Positions 41,601 through 54,400 of a stretch of 64,000 nt of DNA are shown here, piece by piece; positions within the stretch are counted from its first letter, which is position 1; each line of letters starts with the position of its first letter. The notes beneath the pieces were generated by a model. That model worked only from the letters and a program-made list of their open reading frames with translations, was not told the DNA's origin and searched no databases. This stretch comes from Piromyces finnis finn (taxonomy: Eukaryota > Fungi > Neocallimastigomycota). The stretch covers positions 310,001 to 374,000 of the forward strand of contig MCFH01000022.1 in assembly GCA_002104945.1 (NCBI GenBank), read 5' to 3'. The position numbers were made by a program, and so were the translations under genes.

Positions 41601-44227
41601 AACATAGCATCTTTATTACGATTAATTGGGAACTTCTTTCTTAACTTTTTACAAAGAATTTGAATTTCTTGTTGACCAGTTAAAAAGACAAGAATTCCAC
41701 CGGATGGTAACTTTTTATGAATTTTGCAAATCTTTTTGTAAACATCTGTAATATAATCATCAACTGGAGTACGTTTATTGTAGTGAACAACAACTTTATG
41801 TTGACGTCCATCAACTTTAATAACAGGAGGAACCTTTGTTGGAAATAGTGTCTTATTTTGTGTAAAATCGTCAACACGTAATGTAGCTGACATAATAATT
41901 AATTTAAGTGGTTTATTTAATTTTTTTGCTAGCATACTGTCCTTATCATTACGTAATTTAACAATTCTAGTCAACCAACCAATTAATACATCAGTACCAA
42001 CGGTACGTTCGTGAGCTTCATCAATAATAATAGCTGAATATTTAGTTAAAAGCAAATCTTCGACATTTTGGTTTTTAGCAGTATCCTTTGAAGCATTATT
42101 ATTAGATTTATCGGAAGAAGCTGCTAAACTAAGTTCTCTTAATAATATACCATCAGTCATAAACTTTATACGAGTGAAAGGTTTAACAGTACCAGAATCG
42201 TAACGAATTTGATAAGCAACTTCACCATTTGTTAAATTCATTTCCTCAGAAATACGTTTAGCCATACTTACAGCAGCCACACGACGAGGTTGAGTAATAC
42301 CAATCATACCTGTAAATTGAGGATGTTTTGGATTACCAAAACCAGCTTCATATAAAAATTGAGGAATTTGAGTAGTTTTACCGGAACCAGTTTCACCACA
42401 AAGAATAGTAACATCATTTTCCATAATAGTTTCCATGATTTGTTGTTCTTCAGCAGTAACTGGTAATTGTAATCTAGCTAATTGAATTTCATCTTTACGA
42501 TAAACAGGGTCATAGAATGCTGGTCTGTATGGCTTACTAGCTTCAAGAAGTTTTCTTTGTCTTTCTTTTTCCTCTTCCTCTTCTTTTTTCTTGCGTCTTT
42601 CTTCTAATACATATTCAGGGATCTTTGGTAAATTAGCTAAAACACAAGTCTTTACTAATCCATCTTCATTTAATTCTTCTCCATTTTCATCTCTATTAGT
42701 AGAATCAGATTCGGATTCAGAATTAGATTCAGAATCAGATTCAGACTCAGAAGTATTGTTTTCATTTTCGGATTCTGTTTTTTCATCTTTAATTTCATTT
42801 TCATTTTCATTTTCGCTATTTTCAGTATTATCTTCTTCTTCTTCCTTTGCTTTTTTCTCTAATTCTTCTTGTTTTTGTTTTTCTTTTAATAATCTCTTTT
42901 CTTCTTTCTTTTTCAATTTTCTTTGTCTCTTTTTTAATTTTCTTTCTGAAATTGGTTTATCTTCGTCATCATCAGAAGTCTTCCGTTTTTTCAATGCACT
43001 ACCAAATTCAATTGGTGTGAATGAAGTTTTTGAACTTTTACTACTTTTTAATGCACTACCAAAAGCTGGTATACTTTTAATAAATTTACTAGGTTTTTTA
43101 TTAAATGAAATTTCTTCTTTTGGTTTATCTTCTACATCATCTCCACGTCTTTCACCATACATACCATCATATTCAACAACTTCTACTTTAGATGCTTGAT
43201 TCTTATTATTTAAAGATGATTTGCTTTCATCATTATTATCACTATTATTATCATCTTCTGCACTATCATAATCATTAAATTCCTCAATCATATCATCATT
43301 ATATTCCGAAGGTTCTTTTCTGTCAACATATATATCAACACTATCTTCTAAATGTATTCCTGCACGTTGTTGATTTAATGCACTTAATAATTTTTCTTTT
43401 GATGTTTCTTTTCCTCTACCTAAATTCTTTGAAGATTGAAGAAGTGAAGTTTCTGAAAATGTTTCTTTTCTTTTAATTATAATTTTAAAGTTTTTAAAAA
43501 ATAATGATATTAATAATTTCATTAATTTTAAATTTTAGAATAAATATAAAATTGGTTAATATTGAATGGAATCTATTAATAATGATATTCATCATTGTAT
43601 TCTATATGCTCTTTTATTTATATATATTATTAAATATCAATTACACATGGTAAACTTACGATAATTTTTCAATCATTTTTACTCGATTTTCTTTTTTCAT
43701 TTGACGTTCCTTTGATATAAGAAAAAAAAAATTAATTAAATAAGCACAATAAAAATTATAAAATCTAATTGTAACATAAAATTTTAATTTTATACTTACA
43801 ACAAATTTTTCAAATCTCTTACGTTTTTTAGTTGACATTTTTAACTGAGCAGGGGACTACATTCAATTATTAAATTGAAATAAAAATAGTAATAATAATG
43901 AATAATAAAATTCATAATAAATAATTAATAATTATCAAATTAAATACATTCTATTTATATTATTATTTATTATACCTCGGTATATTGAACAATTTCCTGT
44001 TCTTCATTTTTCTTTTTAAGATTTTGTTGTTGGTTGGTATTATTCATATTATTTAAATCGATAATATCACCTTCAATAGCATCAATTATTGGTGCTGAAT
44101 TCTTTTTCTTTAAAGTTTTATCCTTTTTGCCATAACCATCTCTTGGTCTTGGATGAGCGATAGCATGTTTAGCATTTTGAGACGAGGCTCTTGCCTTTTG
44201 ATTAAACCTTGGTCTTCTTCTACCCAT
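38680..44227 (-). CDS. DHX37: DEAH-box RNA helicase Dhr1/Ecm16/DHX37 (U3 snoRNA release), multi-exon
   Basis: [13 protein letters not shown] start, [87 protein letters not shown], then HA2 and OB-fold regions. PLYSLL and FLYEAG are typical of the Dhr1 subfamily. Confidence 0.93.
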
Positions 44228-44451
44228 TTTATATTTATATGAATAATATTAAATAATTTAAAATATATATAATATAAAAAGGAAAAACAAAATTGGGAAA
44301 AAATAATTACAAAACAATAAAATATTATAAAAAAAAAACTAAGAATTGTTTGAAATTAATTCTATTTTTTAAAAATTTCAAACTAATTCCATATTAAAAA
44401 TAATTTTATTATTATTTAATTCATATATTCAAATATGAATAAATTATAATC

Positions 44452-44497
<46 letters not shown>

Positions 44498-44696
44498 GGA
44501 TAGATTAGTAACCAATTAAATCTAATTGAAATTTTAATATGTAATTTAAAGAAAAAGATTTTATAAATTTTAAATTTTCATTTTCTGTATATAAAAAGGT
44601 ATATTTTTAAAATAATATTTATATATTTATATTATCTCTTGAACCTTTATCATTTGTTTTATTCTGTTTTTTTTTTTTTTTTTTTTTGTAATATAC

Positions 44697-44734
<38 letters not shown>

Positions 44735-45393
44735 GATTCTTACTCAATAAAATTTTGTTTTCTTCCAATATTATTATTAATATTTCTATACTTTAAGTAT
44801 CTTTTTATAATAGTTTCAATTCTAACTTCTTAATCATTCTCTTTAATTATTATTAAAACTATTAATAATAATCATTATAATAAATTTATAATCACTAATT
44901 ATTCCATATAAAAAAAATACTAATCTATAATAAATTTTATTTAATCTATTATAATTCTATTATAAAGAAATAATAAAGTAATTCAATGTTATTAACAAAA
45001 TGTTAATAAGCATGTTTTTTAAATTTTTAACACACATTAAAATAGCACTATATTTATATTTTTTTAAAATTTATATTTTTTATTTTTAATAAATATTATT
45101 ATCATTTATATTTTTTTTATTTTTAATGAATGATAAATTATATATATATATATTTAAGGGGGATGGTTATATATACAATTTTTCATTTTTATCTTTGTAA
45201 ATTTTTTATCAAATTTGTTTATTATTCTTAACTTTTTTTCTAAATATTATTTGTTTATACTGATTTATTTTTTTTTTCTTTATTATTATTTAATTTTTTC
45301 TTTTATTTATTTATTTCATTTTTATGTGATTTTATTCTAAATCATAAATCACTCAGCTTCATTAAAAAAAACTTATATTTTATGAAAAAAAAT

Positions 45394-48300
45394 TTAGTTG
45401 CATGAAGTTGGAATACCACACCAGTATCCTTGGGAGTTAACACCCCAATCACCATCAGCATCACTAAGAACAATGTAGGAACAGGTTTCACAACATTCAT
45501 AACCTAATGGACGAGACCAACAAGTATCTTCAGCATCCTTAACAATACCACACCATTCTCCATTTTCGGCACCCCAGGCTCCACTTTCATCTGTAAGAAG
45601 AACCATGTAGTTACCAGCTGAACAACACTTGTAACCAAGAGCTTCGGCCCAACAACCAGATGGTTCAGTAGTACTGGTTGGTTCGGCAACAGCTGTGGTG
45701 GTGGTGGTTGGTTGGGCTGGTTCATCAAAGTCTGGGAATTCAAATGGTGGTTCATCAGCAAAGGATGGATTGGCGTTGACGGCTAATTCAACAATTTGCT
45801 TGTGGAACCATTGACCAGCTCTTGGTGAATCAGTAAGTGAGTCTTCACTAGCACAAACTGGATCATAACCAATAATGTTCTTGTTGTCACTACCATCAGA
45901 TTCACCTGGTGGCTTGAACCAGTAAACAGCATCAAGTCCTGGAAGATCTGCTGGATTGGCTTCTGGTCTTCTACCAATACCGGATCCCTTAATGTTACAC
46001 CAGTATTCTCCCTTGGTCTTAATGTTAGATACACCATTACGTGAAGTATCAACAACCCATCCAAAGTCAACCATACCAATCTTCTTTAATTCTTCTCTGA
46101 CATTCAAACTGTATTCGTATTCACTTTGACTTGGGTTACCGGCTAAAGTAACATCAAGAGTTTCTGGTCTAACTAATGGTTGAGTGTTGGAAATGTTAGA
46201 TGAGAAACCACGTAAAACTCCAGTACCAACCTTGTTTAAGAGTTGTTCAAGAATTGGAATAAGGAAACGCATGTTACCACTCCAACCTAACCATCCAACT
46301 TGTGCAAGATCCATGTAAACACCAACATTCTTCATGTTAAGCTTAGTAATGGCATAGACAAGAGCTTCCATTTGAGTATCGAATGCTTCTTCACAAACTG
46401 GATTATCATTGTGACTAACCATGTTACCCATGGCATCTGGTTCAACAATAGCAACAATTGGTCCTTCGTGAGCTGCAAAGTATCCTGCAATTTCATCAAT
46501 CCATTCCTTGTACTTACCAAGATGTTCAATACCTAATTCACCTCTGGAGGCTTGAGCAGAACAATCTCTGTTTGGTAAATTGTAGATAATGAAGGAAGTT
46601 AAAACCTTCTTACCGGTCTTCTTCATTTGTTCGGTAACTTGTGCTAAAACCTTTGGAACAAGCTTGACGGAATCAGTACTAGCTAACCAAGTTGGAGTTG
46701 GGTATCTAGCAACCTTAGCAACAATTTCGGCAACTTCATTTTCTCCTTCAGCAATTAACTTGTCGTATGAACTCTTGATTTGCTTTTGGTAGTCTGGGAA
46801 AACGTAGAATTCTTCAGCATCATCATAAATGTTGTGTGGATTACCAAAGATAGTTGGTTCTGGATAAGTGAAGGTAGTAGTGGTTTCTGGTGGTGCAGTC
46901 CATCTTGGTTGTTCAACACCACACCATTCTCCCTTTTCATTAATACCCCATTTACCACTTTCATCTTCATAAACAACTTCATTATCGAAACAACATTCGT
47001 AACCATCAGACTTGGCGAAACAGTATCTTTCTGGTGGTGGTGGAGTCTTGTTAAGGTTTTCAATTTCAGTGGTAAAGACAATATCATCGTGTGAGAAACC
47101 AACATGAACCTTGTATGTACCATCAATAGTTGTTTGCCATTCATTCTTGGTAGTGTTGAAGTATTGAGTATCAGCATAGGCTACAAGAAGGTTAACCTTT
47201 CTCTTTTCACCAGCTTCAAGATAAATCTTGGTGAAGTTCTTGAAGTTAAGTTCTGGGTAAACACCAATACGTGGATCAGCTTCAACAGTTGGCATGGTAA
47301 GATAAACTTCTGGTGTAATGTAACCACCAAAGTCACTAGTGTTTTCAATAGTGAAAGTAGTGGAAATACCGTTAATAAGGTTAAGAAGACGTTGAGTTTG
47401 AATGTTCCAGTAACTGAAAGCATCATCGTGAATCTTGAATTTAGCATAAGTAAGACCATGACCGAATGAGAAGTGTGGTTCAATCTTTTCCTTATCGAAC
47501 CACTTGTAACCAAGGTAGAAACCTTCACTGTATTCAATCTTTGGATAGACATCATTGTTACTAACAATATCACAACAGTAATCTTCGCGCTTCTTACCCC
47601 AAGTGAATGGTAATTTACCAGATGGTGAAACATCATGGAATAAAATATCAGCAAGACCATGACCAGCTTCCTTACCTGGCATACCAGCGTAAACTAAACC
47701 ATCAACATCGTCAATAAATGGTAAGTTAACAACACCTGGAGAATAGATAACAACAACAGTATTTGGATTGGCTGCAGCAACTGCGGCAACTAATTCATTA
47801 CCATTATGCCATAAATCAAGATTCTTTCTGTCACCACGATTACCTTCAACACTTAAATAGCCTTCACCAGAATTGGCAGTAACAACAACAATAGCAAGAT
47901 CAGCATCAGAAGCAACTTGAGCTGCCTTTTCAGTATCTTCATCATCTTCAGTAAAACTAGTAACTGTAATACCATCCTTTTCAGCACGTTCAGTAAGAGC
48001 TGAAAGTGGATCACTAATATCTTCCATATTAGTAGTACCTGAACCCCAACCTAAAGCAACAACACCAGACATCTTACCTTGAGTACAACCATTATCGGTA
48101 CATAACTTGGTTGGAAGAGCACCGTCACCAATAATAGCAATCTTACCGTATTTCTTACCAGATATTGGTAAAATATCCTTATCGTTCTTTAAAAGAACAA
48201 CAGAAGCAGCAGCAGCCTTACGAACAAGTTCAGTGTGACCTTCAGTACCATCAGCATCAAGATTGATTTCTGGGAAATCATCCATTTGTCTGTACTTATA

Positions 48301-49698
48301 TAACATAGTTAATACACGTTCACAAGCTTCATCAAGATAAGAAATATCAATTTCTTCGCTTTCAATAGCAGCCTTGAGTTCTTCTCCCCAGTAACTATCT
48401 TGAACACTTTCTCCCCATTCAGTACCACCTGGCATGTTAAGATCTAAACCATTTTTAATTTCATACTTATCCTTAGTACCCCACCAGTCACTAGTGACAA
48501 AACCGTGGAATTTAAATTGCTTCTTTAAAACTTGGTTTAAAAGATAAGTGTTATTTGCAGATGGAATACCATTAAGATCATTATAAGCTGACATAAAAGC
48601 ACCAGCACCAGAAACAACAGCAGCCTTAAATGGTGGGAAGTAAACTTCTTGTAAAACACGTTCATCAATAACTGAATTTGAGTTTTCACGTCTGGTTTCT
48701 TGTTCATTACCAACAAAGTGCTTAGCAGTAGCAAGAACACCTTGACTTTGAATACCAGCAACAACATTCTTTGAAGCAACAGTAGCAAGGAAAGTATCTT
48801 CACCATAACCTTCCCAGTTTCTACCAGCAGCTGGAGAACGGTACATATTCTAATTTACAATAAATACATTTTTATAAAAATTATTAACAAATAATAAATA
48901 TATATTAATATAAAAAGTAATATATTATTTAATATTATATCAACGCATTAGAATATTAGTTATTATTGTTATACACACCATAGCTGGACCTAAAAGAACA
49001 TTGACACCCTTAGCTCTGCATTCTTCACCAAGAGCAACACCCTATTATAACAAAATAATGAAGCATATGTAAATATTCCATTATAAATTATACATTTTTA
49101 AATTATTTATGTTTCGTCTCCTTTCTGGTATACTAACAATATCTTTCATAAGATTTTGATCAAAAGTAGCAGCAACATTTAAACCAGATGGGAAAGTGGT
49201 TGAATGCTTAGCGGAACGAACACCAGCTGGACCATCTTGTAAGCATACACCCTTAAAACCTAATCTTTCGATTGGAGGAATGTAACCAACACATGGACCA
49301 AAACTATTACCAGTACCTTTTTTATTTTTATTTTCATTATTATTATTATTATTATTATTATATTTTAAATTTTAATATAAATTATGCAAAAAAAATAATA
49401 ATAATTGCTTTAATTTTTGTAATTTCTATAATTTTTTTTTTAAGTTATTACTTCAATTTATTTTTCAAATAGTTTAAATTATAAAAATTTATAATTGTCA
49501 CTAATTCTTTTTTTTTAAAAAAAAAAAAATTATATAATTACCAGTAACCATATTGATCTTTTCATCTAAAGTCATTTCTTCAACGAAGGCTTTGGCTAAA
49601 TCTTCTGATTCAGACCATAAACGAGTTTTAATTTGGAAAGCATTAACCATAGGTGCTGCAATAGCACATACGGCTAATAATTTTTGATATAATCTCAT
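45394..49698 (-). CDS. Secreted cellulosomal GH3 beta-glucosidase - dockerin - GH6 cellobiohydrolase - dockerin - dockerin fusion, copy A (4 exons; last exon ~45394-48849)
   Basis: Signal peptide MRLYQKLLAVCAIAAPMVNA. GH3 motifs CLQDGP, GPAMNMYRSPAAGRNWEG, KHFVGNEQE, FVTSDWW (nucleophile) and NSGEGY (acid/base), plus an Fn3-like tail. Internal dockerin CFAKSDGYECC..WG..GEWCG. GH6 motifs IYNLPNRDC, IVEPDAMGN, GWLGW, YWCN and WFKPPGESDG. Two C-terminal dockerins; Pro/Thr linkers. Confidence 0.93.
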
Positions 49699-49819
49699 TT
49701 TATTTTATTTTTTTAAAACTTAAATAATCCTTTTTTTTTTCTCTCTTTATTCTAAATTTTTAATTTTACTTCATATATATTTTTATTTATTTATTTTATT
49801 CTTAAAATTTATTCTTTAA

Positions 49820-49893
49820 ATAATCCGGTTATTTATTTTATTGATAAAAAATAAGTATAACTACCAGAGTTATCCTATTAAAAAATTATTTTT
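49820..49893 (-). promoter_or_regulatory. Upstream block conserved between the two GH3-GH6 genes (copy A), containing palindrome ATAACT-N5-AGTTAT
   Basis: AAAATAAGTATAACTACCAGAGTTATCCTATTAAAAAATTATTTTT (49848-49893) matches 55708-55753 except at one base. The palindrome is at 49857-49873, ~160 bp upstream of ATG. Confidence 0.55.
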
Positions 49894-51404
49894 CTAATAA
49901 AATATAAAAAAATAAGATTTTAAGAATTTATTATGAAATATAAAAAGAATAATAAATTCCTTTAATTTTTTTGTAATTCTAAGGAATAAATATCTTTTTT
50001 ATGAAAATTGTAATATAAAAATTAAATTAAGTTCAATAATGGAACTGATCTACAAATATAAATTAAAAAATGAAGATCCTTAAATTTTATATATATTAGC
50101 GTTTTGTGTAACATTAATTATTCTAAAAAAATTGAAAATATATTAAATATTTTTTATTAAAATAAAATATAAACCTTAATATATATAAAACTGTAGTTTT
50201 TTTAATTAATTATATGTAGAAACAATTGACTAGAAATTAATATATAATTTAAAAATAAGAAAAGTTCTCTATTTTTTAATACTATGAAAAAAATAGTGTA
50301 CAAAAGGAAAATATGTTAAAAAAAAAGTATATATTAATAATATTATTAAAATCGATTAGTTTATCTTTAATAGAAATTTATTAAACAAAACAAAAAAATG
50401 AAAAAATTATATAAAGAATTATTTTCAAACCTATTACTATAGTTATTATTATTTTGGGGAAACAATTTTTAATTACTATGATTTTTCATTAATGATAAAA
50501 TTATTATAATAATAATAAATAATAATCAACAATTTGACTATTTTTTTTTTTTTTTTTTTACATTATATCACAATATTTCTATACTTTAAATCTTCATTAA
50601 TTAATAATTAAATAATTATACTTTAAAATAATTTTTATTAAAATTAATTGATTATAATAACACAAAACAACAATATTTAACATTTTTATCATATTTTATT
50701 TGAAAATAAATTAAATTTTTAATTTCAATAAATTAATCTTTTCTGAAAAATATTTAAAAGTTTATGTTAAACAGTATATATATTGACTAGAAAAAAAAAA
50801 AAAAAAAAAAAAAAAAAACAGAAAATAGTATATTTATATATTGTGTTAATCTTTTTTTGAAAAAAACACATTTTTTGTTTTATTTATTTTACATACTAAC
50901 AGTTATTAATTAATAACCAAATTTTTATATTTATAAAAAAATATATCATTTTACATTTATTATTTCCTAATTATTTATAACATCAGTAAATAAAAACAAT
51001 TTTATAATCTTTTTTATTAAATTTATAAACATTTTGTTTCTTCTTTCTAAATAAATAAAATAAACTATATGCATTATATTATAAATTAAACACTTACAGT
51101 AATATTGACAATCACTAAAAACTTTAAATATTTAATTAATTTTTTTTTATTCTTTATTAAAAATATATTATAATATATTATTTTTCTTTCTACATCTTTT
51201 AAAACTTTTTTTTTTCTTTTAGCTTTTATATTTTATTTTTTTATTTTAAAATTATATTTTTTTAATTTATACTTTTACTCTTTTAAATTTAATGTTTTTA
51301 TATTTTCATATTCTAAATTTTTTTTTCTTTCCAATTTCATATATATTTCTATTTTTGTATGTATATATAATTTATAAAATAAAAATATTTTTATATAAAC
51401 TTAT

Positions 51405-54400
51405 TTAGTTGCATGAAGTTGGAATACCACACCAGTATCCTTGGGAGTTAACACCCCAATCACCATCAGCATCACTAAGAACAATGTAGGAACAGGTTTC
51501 ACAACATTCATAACCTAATGGACGAGACCAACAAGTATCTTCAGCATCCTTAACAATACCACACCATTCTCCATTTTCGGCACCCCAGGCTCCACTTTCA
51601 TCTGTAAGAAGAACCATGTAGTTACCAGCTGAACAACACTTGTAACCAAGAGCTTCGGCCCAACAACCAGATGGTTCAGTAGTACTGGTTGGTTCGGCAA
51701 CAGCTGTGGTGGTGGTGGTTGGTTGGGCTGGTTCATCAAAGTCTGGGAATTCAAATGGTGGTTCATCAGCAAAGGATGGATTGGCGTTGACGGCTAATTC
51801 AACAATTTGCTTGTGGAACCATTGACCAGCTCTTGGTGAATCAGTAAGTGAGTCTTCACTAGCACAAACTGGATCATAACCAATAATGTTCTTGTTGTCA
51901 CTACCATCAGATTCACCTGGTGGCTTGAACCAGTAAACAGCATCAAGTCCTGGAAGATCTGCTGGATTGGCTTCTGGTCTTCTACCAATACCGGATCCCT
52001 TAATGTTACACCAGTATTCTCCCTTGGTCTTAATGTTAGATACACCATTACGTGAAGTATCAACAACCCATCCAAAGTCAACCATACCAATCTTCTTTAA
52101 TTCTTCTCTGACATTCAAACTGTATTCGTATTCACTTTGACTTGGGTTACCGGCTAAAGTAACATCAAGAGTTTCTGGTCTAACTAATGGTTGAGTGTTG
52201 GAAATGTTAGATGAGAAACCACGTAAAACTCCAGTACCAACCTTGTTTAAGAGTTGTTCAAGAATTGGAATAAGGAAACGCATGTTACCACTCCAACCTA
52301 ACCATCCAACTTGTGCAAGATCCATGTAAACACCAACATTCTTCATGTTAAGCTTAGTAATGGCATAGACAAGAGCTTCCATTTGAGTATCGAATGCTTC
52401 TTCACAAACTGGATTATCATTGTGACTAACCATGTTACCCATGGCATCTGGTTCAACAATAGCAACAATTGGTCCTTCGTGAGCTGCAAAGTATCCTGCA
52501 ATTTCATCAATCCATTCCTTGTACTTACCAAGATGTTCAATACCTAATTCACCTCTGGAGGCTTGAGCAGAACAATCTCTGTTTGGTAAATTGTAGATAA
52601 TGAAGGAAGTTAAAACCTTCTTACCGGTCTTCTTCATTTGTTCGGTAACTTGTGCTAAAACCTTTGGAACAAGCTTGACGGAATCAGTACTAGCTAACCA
52701 AGTTGGAGTTGGGTATCTAGCAACCTTAGCAACAATTTCGGCAACTTCATTTTCTCCTTCAGCAATTAACTTGTCGTATGAACTCTTGATTTGCTTTTGG
52801 TAGTCTGGGAAAACGTAGAATTCTTCAGCATCATCATAAATGTTGTGTGGATTACCAAAGATAGTTGGTTCTGGATAAGTGAAGGTAGTAGTGGTTTCTG
52901 GTGGTGCAGTCCATCTTGGTTGTTCAACACCACACCATTCTCCCTTTTCATTAATACCCCATTTACCACTTTCATCTTCATAAACAACTTCATTATCGAA
53001 ACAACATTCGTAACCATCAGACTTGGCGAAACAGTATCTTTCTGGTGGTGGTGGAGTCTTGTTAAGGTTTTCAATTTCAGTGGTAAAGACAATATCATCG
53101 TGTGAGAAACCAACATGAACCTTGTATGTACCATCAATAGTTGTTTGCCATTCATTCTTGGTAGTGTTGAAGTATTGAGTATCAGCATAGGCTACAAGAA
53201 GGTTAACCTTTCTCTTTTCACCAGCTTCAAGATAAATCTTGGTGAAGTTCTTGAAGTTAAGTTCTGGGTAAACACCAATACGTGGATCAGCTTCAACAGT
53301 TGGCATGGTAAGATAAACTTCTGGTGTAATGTAACCACCAAAGTCACTAGTGTTTTCAATAGTGAAAGTAGTGGAAATACCGTTAATAAGGTTAAGAAGA
53401 CGTTGAGTTTGAATGTTCCAGTAACTGAAAGCATCATCGTGAATCTTGAATTTAGCATAAGTAAGACCGTGACCGAATGAGAAGTGTGGTTCAATCTTTT
53501 CCTTATCGAACCACTTGTAACCAAGGTAGAAACCTTCAGTGTATGGAACATCAATAATTTTATCATTACCGTAGACAACATCACAACAGTAATCTTCGCG
53601 CTTCTTACCCCAAGTGAATGGTAATTTACCAGATGGTGAAACATCATGGAATAAAATATCAGCAAGACCATGACCAGCTTCCTTACCTGGCATACCAGCG
53701 TAAACTAAACCATCAACATCGTCAATAAATGGTAAGTTAACAACACCTGGAGAATAGATAACAACAACAGTATTTGGATTGGCTGCAGCAACTGCGGCAA
53801 CTAATTCATTACCATTATGCCATAAATCAAGATTCTTTCTGTCACCACTGTTACCTTCAACAGTTAAATAACCTTCACCAGAATTGGCAGTAACAACAAC
53901 AATAGCAAGATCAGCATCAGAAGCAACTTGAGCTGCCTTTTCAGTATCTTCATCATCATCAGTAAAACTAGTAACTGTAATACCATCCTTTTCAGCACGT
54001 TCAGTAAGAGCTGAAAGTGGATCACTAATATCTTCCATATTAGTAGTACCTGAACCCCAACCTAAAGCAACAACACCAGACATCTTACCTTGAGTACAAC
54101 CATTATCAGTACATAACTTGGTTGGAAGAGCACCGTCACCAATAATAGCAATCTTACCGTATTTCTTACCAGAAATTGGTAAAATATCCTTATCGTTCTT
54201 TAAAAGAACAACAGAAGCAGCAGCAGCTTCACGAACAAGTTCAGTGTGACCTTCAGTACCATCAGCATCAAGATTAAGTTCTGGGAAATCATCCATTTGC
54301 TTGTATTTGTACATCATAGTTAAAATACGTTCACAAGCTTCATCAAGATAAGAAATATCAATTTCTTCGCTTTCAATAGCAGCCTTGAGTTCTTCTCCCC

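Noticed and set aside
42591-43199. 202-aa antisense ORF within DHX37 (similarly 2224-2520, 14391-14732 and 26468-26782 in other genes)
   Set aside because: Shadow ORFs opposite acidic or low-complexity coding segments.
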